DNA of 64,000 bases from positions 620,001 to 684,000 of the forward strand of contig NW_020845694.1 of NCBI RefSeq assembly GCF_003704095.1, in the 5' to 3' direction. Under the pieces are notes generated by a model. The model did not search any database. It had not been told where the DNA came from and saw only the letters and a list, made by a program, of their open reading frames with translations. Positions 24,291 through 37,300 of this stretch are shown here, piece by piece. Position numbers and translations under genes: made by a program. How positions within the stretch are numbered: position 1 is the stretch's first letter; each line of letters starts with the position of its first letter. The stretch comes from Pocillopora damicornis (lineage: Eukaryota).

Positions 24291-25295
24291 GAGGGTGGCA
24301 AAGGAGGGGGGGAGGGGTTGCAATCACACATCACGCGAATTTTTCTATTAAATTACGCATCACGGAGGATTTTTTTAACCAATCTCGCGTCACGTAAAAA
24401 AGGAGTAAGTACGCTCAGCTAATACTGTAAGGTTTTTATCCCATCGGATGTATTATTAGAAATTGTATTGCATCCGACGTTTTCCTTCTGGTATGAATTG
24501 CGTTTCACATGACATATTGCTTTTGTTAGACAATAAAGACGACTTACTTGTTAAAACTAGACGCTCCGAGAGCGTTTACTCAGGCTTCGTATCGGAATGT
24601 TAAATCGTACTTTACAAGTATTGAACACAGTAAAAACGAAGAGTCTTGATTTTTTCAACATCTGAGGTGTTCGTCTGGGCATCATAGTCATCATAGTTCG
24701 TTGTTCAAGGAATCAGTAGTCGTAGCTTTGTCAATGTTTCCGTAGTTTGAACTTTTGTATGGTATAATGGTTGTCTCGTGAGAACTAGTATGAACTTTGT
24801 CAAATTGGCTATCTTTCAAGCTGTAGAATTCATGGACTGACCCGTGGACTTTACTACCACGACCACGAGATCGACAAAACTAACACAGAAGGTCATAGTC
24901 CATGTGCAAATTTTAACTTTATTAACTTATGCCTTTTGTGTCACGATTGTTTGGACCTACCGCGAAGATTAAAGACATCCAAGGTCAAGCAAAGCTTAGC
25001 AAAGGACGGAAAAGACCAGAAGACAGTGTCACAACTGCCCTGGTTTATTGATTTTTGTTAAGAGTCTATTTACTTTTAATGTCTGGTATCCTTCTTGGTC
25101 AAAGAGCGTTCACTTATCACGGAAATCTGATTAGTAAGTCTTGTAAATCACGCGTCACGGCTTGTAAAAATAGCAAATCACGCATCATGTTGTGATGTCC
25201 GGTCCCGCATCACGCGGATAATTTGGGTACAATCACGTGTCACCCAGCAAATTTTGGGGCCATCACGCGTCACGCAAAAACCCTTTGCCATCCTC
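24291..25295. mobile_element. Non-autonomous TIR element with GAG...CTC termini (Sola-like)
   Basis: GAGGGTGGCAAAGG at 24291 versus CCTTTGCCATCCTC ending at 25295 (13/14 inverted match); TTAA on the left flank; repeated subterminal ATCACGCRTCACG motifs. Confidence 0.75.
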
Positions 25296-26429
25296 CTTCA
25301 ACGCTCACGAAAAAATAGCCGCGACTGATGTCTTCTCTCTCTTAACCTGAACGAAATTTTAAAAAAGCGATGAGAATGTCAGGTTAGTGCCAGAAAGTAT
25401 TAAGAAAGATTTCATTCCCTGAACACTGATTTACCTTGTGAAATCCTATTGTTCGTGTCCCTGATTGGACGAACGATGCATTTTCATCGTCGTTCGCTTC
25501 GTACTTCAGAGTGTAAACATCATATCAGGGAAAGTGCGCACGAACAGCATGTTTTTAGTCATTCGTTGCGATGCATCAAAAAACTCACTCGTTCGCTGCG
25601 CTTAGTCGTTCTTTTTTTTTTTATTCAACGCAACTCGTGAATAAGAATCGTTCCTGCGCACTTTCCATGGAATAATCGCTATTTCTGCAACACAAGTTGA
25701 CAGATCACAACAGTTGTCAGTCTTCCCGTGCAACCTCATTGATAAAAACATTTGAATGTTTAATGGATTGGACGAAGCAGATAAGAGAAACTCGAGACCT
25801 TTCAAATGACCGATTCAAACATTTTCTAGCCGAGGCTAAGGCATCAATACACCGTGATGTAAAGTTTTGTTACTGTATAATATATGGAGGCTTTTCCAGA
25901 AACTGAACTAATTATGACTACTGGGTACCTGGCACTAGTATTAGGCTTTTTATTGCAACCTGGGAGAATAGGTCTACATCACGGAAAAATTGAAAGTTGA
26001 AAAAACTGCAGAACAGGCGTATTTAATATTTCATTTTATTTTATCTTTACCCTCTGTACACCTTTCCTTTGCATTTGCAAAGACCAGTTTGAAGCAAAAT
26101 TGAGGTTCTTCTACGTACAACCGGATTGCTTTGACATGTTTCAATGCATCGAATAGAAAAATGCCGAATGGATAAAGTCATTCGCGGTTTTTTATGTGTT
26201 CGAATGCAAATTAAGGTTGACTCATTGTGTTCTTTACATTAATCAGTTTCGAGATTTCCAACTATGAATCGAAAGTAGGAAAATATTTGGATATAATTCA
26301 TAAGCTTAAGTTAAGCGTATGATTTTTAATATTATTATAATAAATTGATCATTGCAACTGATCCCTTTACCACAGGACATAATATCAGAAGCTCTACCAT
26401 ACAATAGAACCGGTGTTTGCATTTTCAAC

Positions 26430-27326
26430 TCAGCAACCGAACATCTTGCGGGATATCGAGATATAGGCATCGCGGAAGTCTCGAACTCTTGCGCTGTAAA
26501 CAACAAAGTTCATAGCAGAGTTAGAGAGAGCCAAAGATCTAATCCACATGTATGCTGGACCATACTTTTCAACCAGAGATTTTCCTGCGATGAAAAAAAC
26601 AGCAATCAACGGAAACCAGGTGACAGAAAACAAAATGATCACAATTGCCAGTGTTAGTGCAACACGCCGTTCGACTTTCAAATTGACATCAATGGATGAT
26701 TGCGCTCCCACACGGCCCTTTCGTTTCCTTCCCCTGACCAAAGTAAGCAATATCAACAAGTAACAAACGAACATGAGGAAATAACCAACGGCAAACATTA
26801 CTGCAGCTAAGTAATAAGTTTTTTTCGGGAAGAGCTGTCGAACTGTGGCGAATGCAAAAGCGACAACCCACACTGCCACCAGCATGATTTTTAAGCCGTA
26901 GTTCTTCATGATCCGACCGTGACGAAGAGGGAAGGTGACAGCTAAGAAGCGGTCCATACTGATTGCCACAAGATGCATAATCGACGAGGAACAGCAAAGG
27001 TTGGCTAAAAGTGAGTAACCGAGTTCAAGACTAGGCGCACACTCGTGTAGAAAGGTTATTTTACCGACCATTGCCACGACCAAAGGCTCGCAGATCACTG
27101 TTATGATCAAGTCAGCAATGGCCAAACTAAGCAATGGGATATTCGAGCATCGGCGAAGACGAGGCTTGGTGAGTACCGCTATGCAAACAAGAAAATTACC
27201 AAACGTACCTAACAGGGCAATCAGCGTGTTAACTACCATTATAGCACAGCCATGGTATAGGGACAGGCAACAAACTTCAGCGCTAGAGATTGATGGATTA
27301 ACTTTGATCACCGAAGAGTTGTTCAT
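26430..27326 (-). CDS. Class A GPCR, subtype B, intact intronless CDS, 298 aa
   Basis: 7TM; GN, SLAIADL, DRF, TWFP, NSAMNFVVY; acceptor ttctttcAG just upstream of the ATG. Confidence 0.95.
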   Translation of the reverse strand: MNNSSVIKVNPSISSAEVCCLSLYHGCAIMVVNTLIALLGTFGNFLVCIAVLTKPRLRRCSNIPLLSLAIADLIITVICEPLVVAMVGKITFLHECAPSLELGYSLLANLCCSSSIMHLVAISMDRFLAVTFPLRHGRIMKNYGLKIMLVAVWVVAFAFATVRQLFPKKTYYLAAVMFAVGYFLMFVCYLLILLTLVRGRKRKGRVGAQSSIDVNLKVERRVALTLAIVIILFSVTWFPLIAVFFIAGKSLVEKYGPAYMWIRSLALSNSAMNFVVYSARVRDFRDAYISISRKMFGC

Positions 27327-28308
27327 AGTTTTGCCTGAAAGAAGACTAGGACTTCATTTTGCAAGTTCGATAAATGGACTCAAAGGAGAAAACAAACACG
27401 GTAATAGCGCGAGCCTGCAATGCTCATTGGCTTACTGAATAGCATTTCTAGAATGCCTAAAACTAATTTCTGTTTCGAAAATATGACGGTCCTATTTCCT
27501 CTCAAAAATCTAACTTCTTTTTTTTTTTTTAATCATTGGTCGTCTCCCTTTCGCGTATTCTTTTTTGTGCGTTTGTTATATGTTAACAAATCATTTGGGT
27601 GTAAGTTGGTAAACGAGCTTAACCCTGTAGGGTTTGTGCAATTTTCACTAATGCTAATTTACTCCAAAATGCACAAGAAATAGTTTCAATAGCACTCATC
27701 TTTTTTTTAACTTTCTACACCGAGTTTCCTATTTATTCATTCAGTCATATCGGTATCTCATTGGACTATACGGGATTAACTTTAGTTCTCACAACTAAAG
27801 AAAATGATTAAATTTTTGCATCCACTCTATTACCTATTAAATAAGTCGTGAAAAAAATAACCTGTCATTTCCGCAGCCACTTGGCAATCGCTCTAAACCC
27901 AGGCTTTCCATTCATCATGGTTTCGATACTAGAATTAAGTCAATTGTTTTGTTTAAATTGGTTTCTTATTATGAAGCGTTATGCAGGAAGAGTTAAGAAA
28001 TCAAAACTATTTGTGAATCACCCGCTGTTAGTTTCATCTTCATAGATAATCCGTTTTCAGTCTTAAGCCAATCAAATAAAATATTTAACCTCCTAGTGAG
28101 GATCCATTTCTTCAAAATAACGAACCAAACATAAAAAGGACTGTATAGACCATTTAATTGAAAAATTTCAATTAGTTTAAATAAGCTTTCCATAACTTTA
28201 AATTAGATTTTGTTTATACAACACGTGTTCACGCAAAAATTCATTAGTCCTGTAGCACTTGTCTTCTCGATTCCGTTAGCGAAGGTCTCTCACCATTGCA
28301 TTGTTTGA

Positions 28309-31300
28309 CTATGCAGCCTCCCCTTCTTCCGAAGATAGATGTGCATTGGGGTCTGAGTCGGAATCAAACATGCCACCTTTTTGACGAACTGTGTCCTTCA
28401 TTCGCCTGTTATCAGCGGCTGCTGTCTTCCAAACTTTTTCCAGTTCTTTGTCAACGTTCCTGTGGTACAGATGAAACTAATAAGTACTTCAGTATCAACC
28501 GACAAAATGAACTGCTATTGAATGACATGACATAAACAGCATCTGCAGAAAGACTTGACCATATCGCGAGAGAATCCTATATCTCACCTGTTGTCTCCAA
28601 TCATTAATTCCAACTGGCGTTGTTTTTGTCTGACCACAGCGCGAAGATTATTAATTTCCCCCTCGTACTGCTCTTTAAGTTTGTTGATTTCGGTTTCTTT
28701 CTCTCGCAGCCTGTTTGGATTTGGATGGATAACAAAACTTCGTTTTAACAGGTCATTTCTTGGTCTCAGCGCGTATCTATTTGAATAGTTTGGCTGTCTT
28801 CCTAGGCTTTTTGTCAGTTCTCACCAGAATTGCTTCTCAGCTGTGCTATAGAACTTCATAAAAAAATCAGTTCAAACAGAAAATTTCCTTTTCATATCGT
28901 TTTGCTCGGGAGCTTTATCAGCAAATCTCCTCTTTAAACGCTTGTCTGTCCTTTCCTAATTCAGGTCGTAACAAATCACATTTGAGAATTTCCATTTGAA
29001 GAACTAAACAATCTGTCACCTACCTTCCCGTTACTATGGCGACTTTATCCGTGGCCTTTCTCCTGTACTCCTGAAAACAATTAAAAAATTAATCACACTA
29101 AAATAGAAGTAGAGTGTGTTAGGAGGGAACAGCTTGATTAAGTCGATCGTACTGCGCATGTGCGAGAGTAGTTTTACGGACCTCGTGTTGTAAAATGAGA
29201 GCCAGAGTGAGAGAGATGAAGATGTACACATAGGACTTTCTTCGTGTCGAATTAAATTGTTATTGCTCCTGTTGCCCATACGTAGCGTCGTTGTGACATG
29301 GTGCAAGATGTGTAGTATTGTTTTTACAAAGATTATTCCTTGAGTAACCACTTAAATATACTCTTCCTAAAGCAAGTTGCTGAATGTATTACCAGATGTT
29401 TTTCTATTTTCCGTACCTGGAGTTTTTCCTCGAGTCCTTTGATGTTCTGAGTTCCGGCAAGAATTTTCGAGGCAGCTTTCTGTTGTTCCGCCTTCTGTGT
29501 CTTGGCCTGCGATGTATATCCAATTAATAAAATAGCAACATCACGGTATCTGGAAGAATATTTGAAAACGTACATGTACACGGAAAGCACAGAAGTAAAC
29601 TTACAAATTGTACGTAGTTGTCCCTCTCGGCTGCTGTTTTCTCCGCCTAAGGAAAGAAAATCTCAGTGAAATTCACTGAAAGCATTTAGTCTAGAAAGCG
29701 TAACACTCGTTTCCTTTATTTTTCAGCCAGGCCGAAGACCCTTTCCCTACCCCCTCCCAACCCCTGTTTGAATTTTTTTGTTTCTTTGGCCCTATGCCTT
29801 CGGATGCGCCACGTTCTCTCACTCATGCTTTTCTCGCTAAAAAAGGAAAAAGAAAAGCAGCAAACGATGCAAAGAGGGTGTGGTCAGGTTGGGACCAGAG
29901 GCATCTGGGTAAAGATCGACTAAAATTTAGTAGTAGTCACGCAATTCAGTGACACGTCACACTTACAATGGTTAGAACTTGTGACAGAGTCTCCTGCGCT
30001 GTCAGCTCTCGTTCCTGAATGTGCTCTAACTTTCTTTGAAGAAACAGAAACTTCCGCTCCGATTTCCTGTAGATTAAGACAGACGACGGTTCTCAGCCTT
30101 CTGGCTATAGAAAGAAATTAATCATCAACCCCCAATTTATGTTTATGCCAGCAACAGACAAACCAAATCGCGCTACTTTCGCGCGTACAGTTTGCGCTGA
30201 GCTACAGTTGCAAACTGATTTCTGATTTCAATCAGTCGTCTTCAAAGTGGGGCAGCTACCTGGGTAGGATGGGGGCACGGAGCGCGATGTGTAGGGAGAA
30301 AGTGAGAGAGGAAGACGACGTCTTCTCCTCCATTTCCTTCTCATGAGCCCTCTCTTCCCCACTTTGGCGCGCACCTTTTGGAGACGACTGGGAACGAGTC
30401 AATTACAAGAATGGAGGACGCCTGTCACATGTGTTCCTAATGATGGGTTGGCTCGCCATTGATTTCTCTGTTGCTCAGTTGGTAGAGCTCTGAAGCAAGA
30501 AATCAGAAGGTTTTGGGGATATCGAGTCCTCTCTGGACATTCAGATTTGTCTTGATCCTACGCTGGTAAAAAATCTTACCAACTTCCTAAAATTAAACTT
30601 GTACTCACTGCAGAGACTTCTTGTAAGCATCAAGCTCTCGTTCAAGTTGTGCGCTCTTAGCTTCGCCATCTGCAATCCAACAGTGGAGACTTTCAGATTT
30701 AATAAACAAATTAGAATCGATTAGAATTATTGAGAACTTATGAACATAGCCTGAAGAACAAGGGCTTTTTTGCCTTTTATTTAAAGGGCGAAGGAAAGCA
30801 TGAGGCGACAGCGTGGAGACCATGAATAGCGAGTCACAGGAGTCATGCACCTCTTCTTGCGCGCATGACAAACTTGCGTGAAAAGATGGCGCCTGTTCCG
30901 CCTGCCAAAATGCACATGACATATTTTCTATTGTTTTTAAAAATGCATTTACGTACACTACATAAACAACAAATACCTGCAAATTTTATGGCTAAGTTGC
31001 TCTTTTCTTTCTGGACTGCCTTTATTTTAACATGAAAAAGGCACCATACATTAGTAACTTTCAACAATGGCCTTCAAAGCAAAAGCGCAGCAGTATATAC
31101 AAGATGTTGAGCCATCTGAAGTAAAACTGAGGAAACATTCCTCAAAATTCGAATTTAAGAGCTCCTCGCAGCTAAGAGCACTACTGAACTAGTAGTTGAA
31201 AATAGGACCTGAAAAAATTCAGGCCCATACGGGATTTGAACCCATGACCTCTGCGATACCGGTGCAGCGCTCTACCAACTGAGCTAACAAGTCAACTATT

Positions 31301-34300
31301 CGTCTCTTCACTGCAGTGCAAATATGTGAATTTCACATATCTAAAATCATCATTCCTCAAAATTTTTGCGCGAGGGCAGACTTCAACTGCAAGGAGAGTA
31401 AGAAAACAAACTTGTCTTAAGTTGGTTTTGTGAAATCTTTTTAGTGCCAAAAGTAATTGTCCGTGTTGCTTCACTAAGCTTTGTGATTGGTCTAGGAAAT
31501 TCGCGCCATCCTCTCGACTAATCAGATGCAAAGCTAAAACTAATAAAGATGCGGTAACACGCGTTTTCTCGCGCATTAGGAAGTTAGCTTGTTTTCTCTG
31601 TGAGTTCTAATTGGGGCCTGGTAAATATTTCGGCTTCTCCTGATTGTCCGTTGTGATACAAAATTAACTTGAATGTTGCTCTATTATTCCTTGTGATGGG
31701 TAAAAAAAAACGACTCGTGCAAACTTTCCTTCTAACCAAACTACCAGTACCCTGTAATTTATACTGACAAACTGTGATGGTTTGTTAATTCACCTGTAAC
31801 TTCGAATTGTATTCCTCTGTCTCTGATTTCGTTTTCGCCTTCAAGTCTTCAAGTACACTAGAAAAAAGAAAAGCAAGAAAATCAGGTTATTATCCTACGC
31901 AGAACGCGCTCAAATTAAGCTGATGAGTAGTAGGCGCAGTAAAGATGAAGGTGCCTTCCCGCTCGTTCATGCCTCCTCCAAGCAATCGTGCCAACATATT
32001 TGGGCGTTACGCTGGGTAAGTTGAGAACACGAAGAGAAAACTGTCAACACTGCTGGGTCTTACAACATTTTCCACGTATGTCATTCACCAAATGGTCTCT
32101 AAGTACAGTGGTAAAAGCTGTTTCTGGAATTCGCACTTTTCATCGCTGCAATCTTTTGTCACCTTGTAATTTCTAATGCTAGTCAACGGATGCAAAATTT
32201 AATTCTACGCATTTCCAGTCAAACTAATGGATGTTTTTTATCGTTTCTTTCTCCATCACATGAAAGACGTGCTGGTAACCTCTTACCTCCTGCATTCATC
32301 CATTATTCTAAGATGCTCTTGAATCAACATCTTGTTTTCCTGATCAGCAACCATGGCCTCATGTTGACGCATTAGGTTGTTATGGGTACGACGCATGTCA
32401 TCTAGCTCCGTTTCAAGGCGCCGCCGAGTTGACTCTTGACTTGAAATCCGTTTGGACAACTTGGAGACTGAAAAGAAAATAGCGACAATATTCACCAATC
32501 AAAAACAGACGAAAAGGAAATATCTAAAACACTTGAATCAATGAAGTTAAAAACTTTGTCAGATTAGCGGTACAAAACAACATCGTAAGACCACAACGTG
32601 TCTCGAATATGAAAAAAATTATAACATTACCACGCTGGACACGCATCACTGACTTGCGTTTTTTCAGTCCAATGAACGCAAGCACGAAGGGGCGAGCCAT
32701 GCGCGTGTCACGTGTGTCTCTGCCCCTCACGCGCGAGACTTGTCTTTATTCGCGGGCGAAACAAAAAGATACCGTTTGTTTCGCAAGCTCTAAGTAACCT
32801 TTCGCGAACCAGCGTATGAAGCATGCGCCTTTAGCATTGCGTGAGAAAGGGAGGTAAAAGTTAGCGATAGCCACCTTCTAATCCGTGGATTCTCTTCATT
32901 TCCTTCATTTTTTTGTCTTGTATTTCTTGTTGTTCCATCAACAGAGCGTTCTCCTCAACCACTAGTTTTGCCTGTTCCTGCAGTTGTTGCCTGCAAGAAA
33001 ATAGAGTCAAACGCCGTTAAGTCAATCTGTTACAGACCTAGCAGAACACTTTGCAGCAGAGTATCACAAAACCAAAACCGAAGAAATCACAACGGCCAAT
33101 AAAAAAACCAAAGATTGTTGTTTGGAAAACTTAAAGTAAAGGCATGAACACAGTGCTAAACGCGAGAAAACGAGAGTAAGCAAGGTGCGATTGGTTGTCA
33201 AAGTGGTTCTGCAATTGATTGGTTAAAACGCTGGCAAGCTTTCTACGTTGTAGACTAATCACCAGTCATAGTAAAGTAAAACCAGTGCAATCAATTTGAA
33301 ATTGCTGGAAAAAATACGGGCAAAACTTTCAGTTCATCACAGGATCAATAAAAAAAAAATGGTGCTGTCAATACTAACAGTGCTATTTACGATATAAAAA
33401 AACAGAGGAAAAAATTTTACAGGAAATCAACCAAAACGAACCAGTTTCACGTGGTTTAGACAGCCACGAAACGATAAAAAAGTAAAAGTCCTTCATTATC
33501 AAAACAAAATATTGACGTCTCTTACCATTCATCCGGCCCCAATGCATCAGGACTGGCCTTACTGATGCTCTGTCATTAACAAATTAAACAAATTTTTATA
33601 AGAAACACAGGAAACCAGGTATAGAGGTCGAGATGATGATCAAAATCTAACTTTCTCGCGAACTATGTAGACAAACACAAATCAAAGTAGTATGAAAAAT
33701 GAAGCGCTGAAAAGAAATTATGTCCACAGATGGAAAAATTCTTCAACAGTTACAAATATGACAGCATTAGGAAAGTTGTCAGAGAATCTGTGTGTTGCCT
33801 GTTGATAGCCACGACTGAGACAAACTGAAGTTACCATATGAAGCTGCTGATTTTCCTTGACAACTTCCATGACTCGAGCCTTAAAAGAGTTCAACTCTTC
33901 CTACAAAGATAAATTGCAGCCAAATTACAATCGCAATTAAGAAGAAAACCGAAAAAGGGCAACTGTAAAAGAACAATGGAAAGAAAGAGCTCTGAGGCCG
34001 GCTGTTCGAAGGCCGATAACCACTAACCAAGGCTTAAATTTTATTCCGGGTTTCTTTACTTCTCTATCCAAGAGCTTTTTTCAAAGTAATTTTCTCTACT
34101 CTTTTCAGAGCATGCAATCATCAAATTTTTAGGCAAAAAGAATTAAACTGAATTTTCTTTAACAGCTGTCAGATCCAAAATCAAATTTCACACTAACCAT
34201 GAGTTTTCTTGACCCAGCTTTGAACATACCCAGCCCGGCTTGTTGTAGGAGAGAATTCCCAATTGACACTTATGGACCAAGCCTATATGCCTTTCACCTG

Positions 34301-37300
34301 TTTGTTGCTTATCCCGTTTATTCTAAGGAAACTCTATTTTCTTTAATCTTACTGAATAGGATGGCCATCATAAACCGAATTAATAATCGATAACGAAGCT
34401 TAAAACGACTTACATCGTAAGTTCTGATCATTTGTTCTTTTTCTCTCAATCGATCGTCGTACGCCAAGAAAAGCGGCGCCAAGAACTTGGTGTTTACCTG
34501 AAAAAAAAAGAGAGGAAATTACAGCTTACATGAAGCATCATTTAATTCATATATTCGTGACCAGATCCATAAAGTGAAAAAAAACAAGCAAATTTGCTCT
34601 ATTCCAAACTCGTGGTTCAGTAGGTACAGTAGTTGCGCAGATGCACGGATTGGAGCTTCGTCGAAGGATGGATTTCTTCAAGCTTCTTTTTCTGCATTTT
34701 CTTCAATAGCAGTTCACCTTTGACGATTATGGGATGGGAAAATATTCAGACTGGTTTATTTATTATAATGAAGCTATAAAGAAAATTGAACTGTGAATAC
34801 TTTGATAATTCAATTCACAACGCCCTTTCTTCATTTGTACAGTTATTGTTATACCTACCAGCCACGGAGCTGCCTCCTTCTTGTACGGCAATGCCATGCC
34901 TTCTACCTCCTGGAGAGAACAAAGTACGCGAGTTCCGAAACACAATCACAACCGTTTACTAATAAAAATGTTATTTCTGAAGTTTGAGTGACATGGGAAC
35001 GAATTGGTCGGAAATTAATACTCTGATGGCACGTTGAAGAGGTTCGCGTGGCATCATAGAAGTTTCGGATTATTTAAGCGTTTAGCGAGAAAATTAAGTC
35101 ATTCTAGCTCGGTCAGTCCTATGTTTGACCACTTTCTTTATTGTATTTGTTGTAATTTTGGTATTCCAACTTCCTGTAAAATATCATTACAATCATTGAT
35201 TTTTCTTTGTGATTAGCAGTGCCGTAAGGTTAGTTCATCTTTTCCTCAAAGTATTGTGCTGCTACATTATCAGGGTGCACATGTTAAGGTTGTATCAGGA
35301 TGCGTATACTAGAAGACTGACTGACTCATCCTAAATAAACTCTTTACATTGAATGTCTCGTATGAGTGTAGTCAGAAAGCAATATCTTTGAGTTCAGTAC
35401 CCGCTCGTTACCTCAAATGACACAGGGCGATATTTTGCTTGGTATCTGCTGAGTTCCACGTTGAGTCTGTGAACTGCAAGAAGAGCAAAAGCATACATAT
35501 CCCTCTAAATTTCTGTTCAACAGCTAATTGCTCAACTGAGAGTGTGCCTGTAGTTTGTAATTTCCACTGATCAGAAAAACAGCACCACGTAAAATGAAAA
35601 AGAAGGACACCAATGTAAGTAGGTAGAGGTCAAAGAAAGCAAAGAGAAAATAAAATTGGCAACAACTTTACCAGACCTGTATCACGTAAAACTTTCTGTT
35701 CTTGATGCAAGTCCTTGATTTGCTTTTGTAGAACTACAGAAGAAACACCTGGGTAAACAACAAGAAATATTTTTCACTCGACGTTGTCCACGCATAACAC
35801 GTATATAACTGCCAAATCAAATATAATCAATAGCCGCTGTTTAGCCCGAAAATAAGTACGGACAGTTCGAGCAAAATTGAGGCTATTGTGTTTATCATCC
35901 TTCAGATATTTTGCAACGCGTGTGAAAAAATGTTAACCAACATCTTACTGTTTGCTGCGTGGGATGTTTTCTTTTGAGTGCTCTCCGGTACGGCTTATGA
36001 ACAAACAAATATTTCCCTTCTTCTGTAACAACCACAAAACGCTCAAATTTTGAACGAAGACTTATATCGTAGTGGACATTAGGTTTGAAAATTGGGGAAT
36101 ATCAATTGGGAATATTCGGCCACGTGATGCGTTTAGACCAATTGCGCGCGAGCAAAAAGATTTGATGGATCCTAAAAAGAGTTCACCCTAACTTAGACGT
36201 GCAACCACTTAGTGTAGCAATCTCACCTGTTCCTTTTTGGAGAGAGAGTGATAGCTGCTTTAAAGCCTTGTTTTCTTCTTGTAACGACGTGTTCAGTTCC
36301 ATCATAGCCGACTTCTCTGACTCTAGCAGTTCAATTCGTCCTTTGGATAAGCGGTAAACTTCATCATCTCTCACGACCTGGACTCTGGTTATTTCTGCGT
36401 CTGTCTTCGTTATCACTGGTTCAGATTCAGCACTTCTCATTCGGGTTTTCCTTGAGTTTCTTTCCCCTTTTTCCCGCGCTTTCCTCCCGACTCTCTTGCC
36501 ATGCTTTGGGCTGTCGGCGTCTCCGTCGCTCCATCTTCCTTCTCTATCAACGTGGCGTGAGCTGTCCGCGCTTCGTTGCTTATGTCTGTCTCGTCTTCCT
36601 TCTATTTCATCACGATACGACAAGTTCGAGCTTTGACTAGCACTCTGAAGCGCATGCCTGACATCGTCAAATTGAGGAGAATCGTCCGTTGCTCGGTTAC
36701 TTTTTCTCCCTTTTTTATCTTGGTACGAACTTGCAACATTACCCTGGGTGTTTCTTTCGTCCAGTCTCTTCTCACCGTAACCATGATCATCTCCTCTGTC
36801 TAGTCGTTCCATTCTTTTTCTATCCGACGATTCAACACTCACAGCATTAAGTCTTTTCTTCCACTGCTCTTCAGACTCCACATGTTTTCGCCGCATTTCC
36901 TCGAGTTCCTCCTCCAGTTGCATCCTCCTTGTTTCCTGTTCTTTAATTTTTCCTTGAAGCATTTCTTGGTTTTGTTCTAGAGCCTAAGAAATCCCCGATA
37001 TGATGTGTCAGTGAAAAAAAAAAAAANNNNNNNNNNNNNNNNNNNNNNNNNNNNNNNNNNNNNNNNNNNNNNNNNNNNNNNNNNNNNNNNNNNNNNNNNN
37101 NNNNNNNNNNNNNNNNNNNNNNNNNNTGGAGATTGCAGCTCCTCCTGAAGTTCATAACCATCCAGACCAGAAAATGTTTGACCTAAACTTAGGTTTGCTT
37201 CCTCGATTGTTGCTTCAGACACTGGGACATTACTTTCTGTCAAAGTATCATTAAACTGCTCTCGCTCAAATGTCGTTTTTCCATTGAAGTCGATAGTATT

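Noticed and set aside
31220-31292. Possible tRNA gene
   Set aside because: A and B boxes are present but the acceptor stem does not pair and it continues into a SINE-type body
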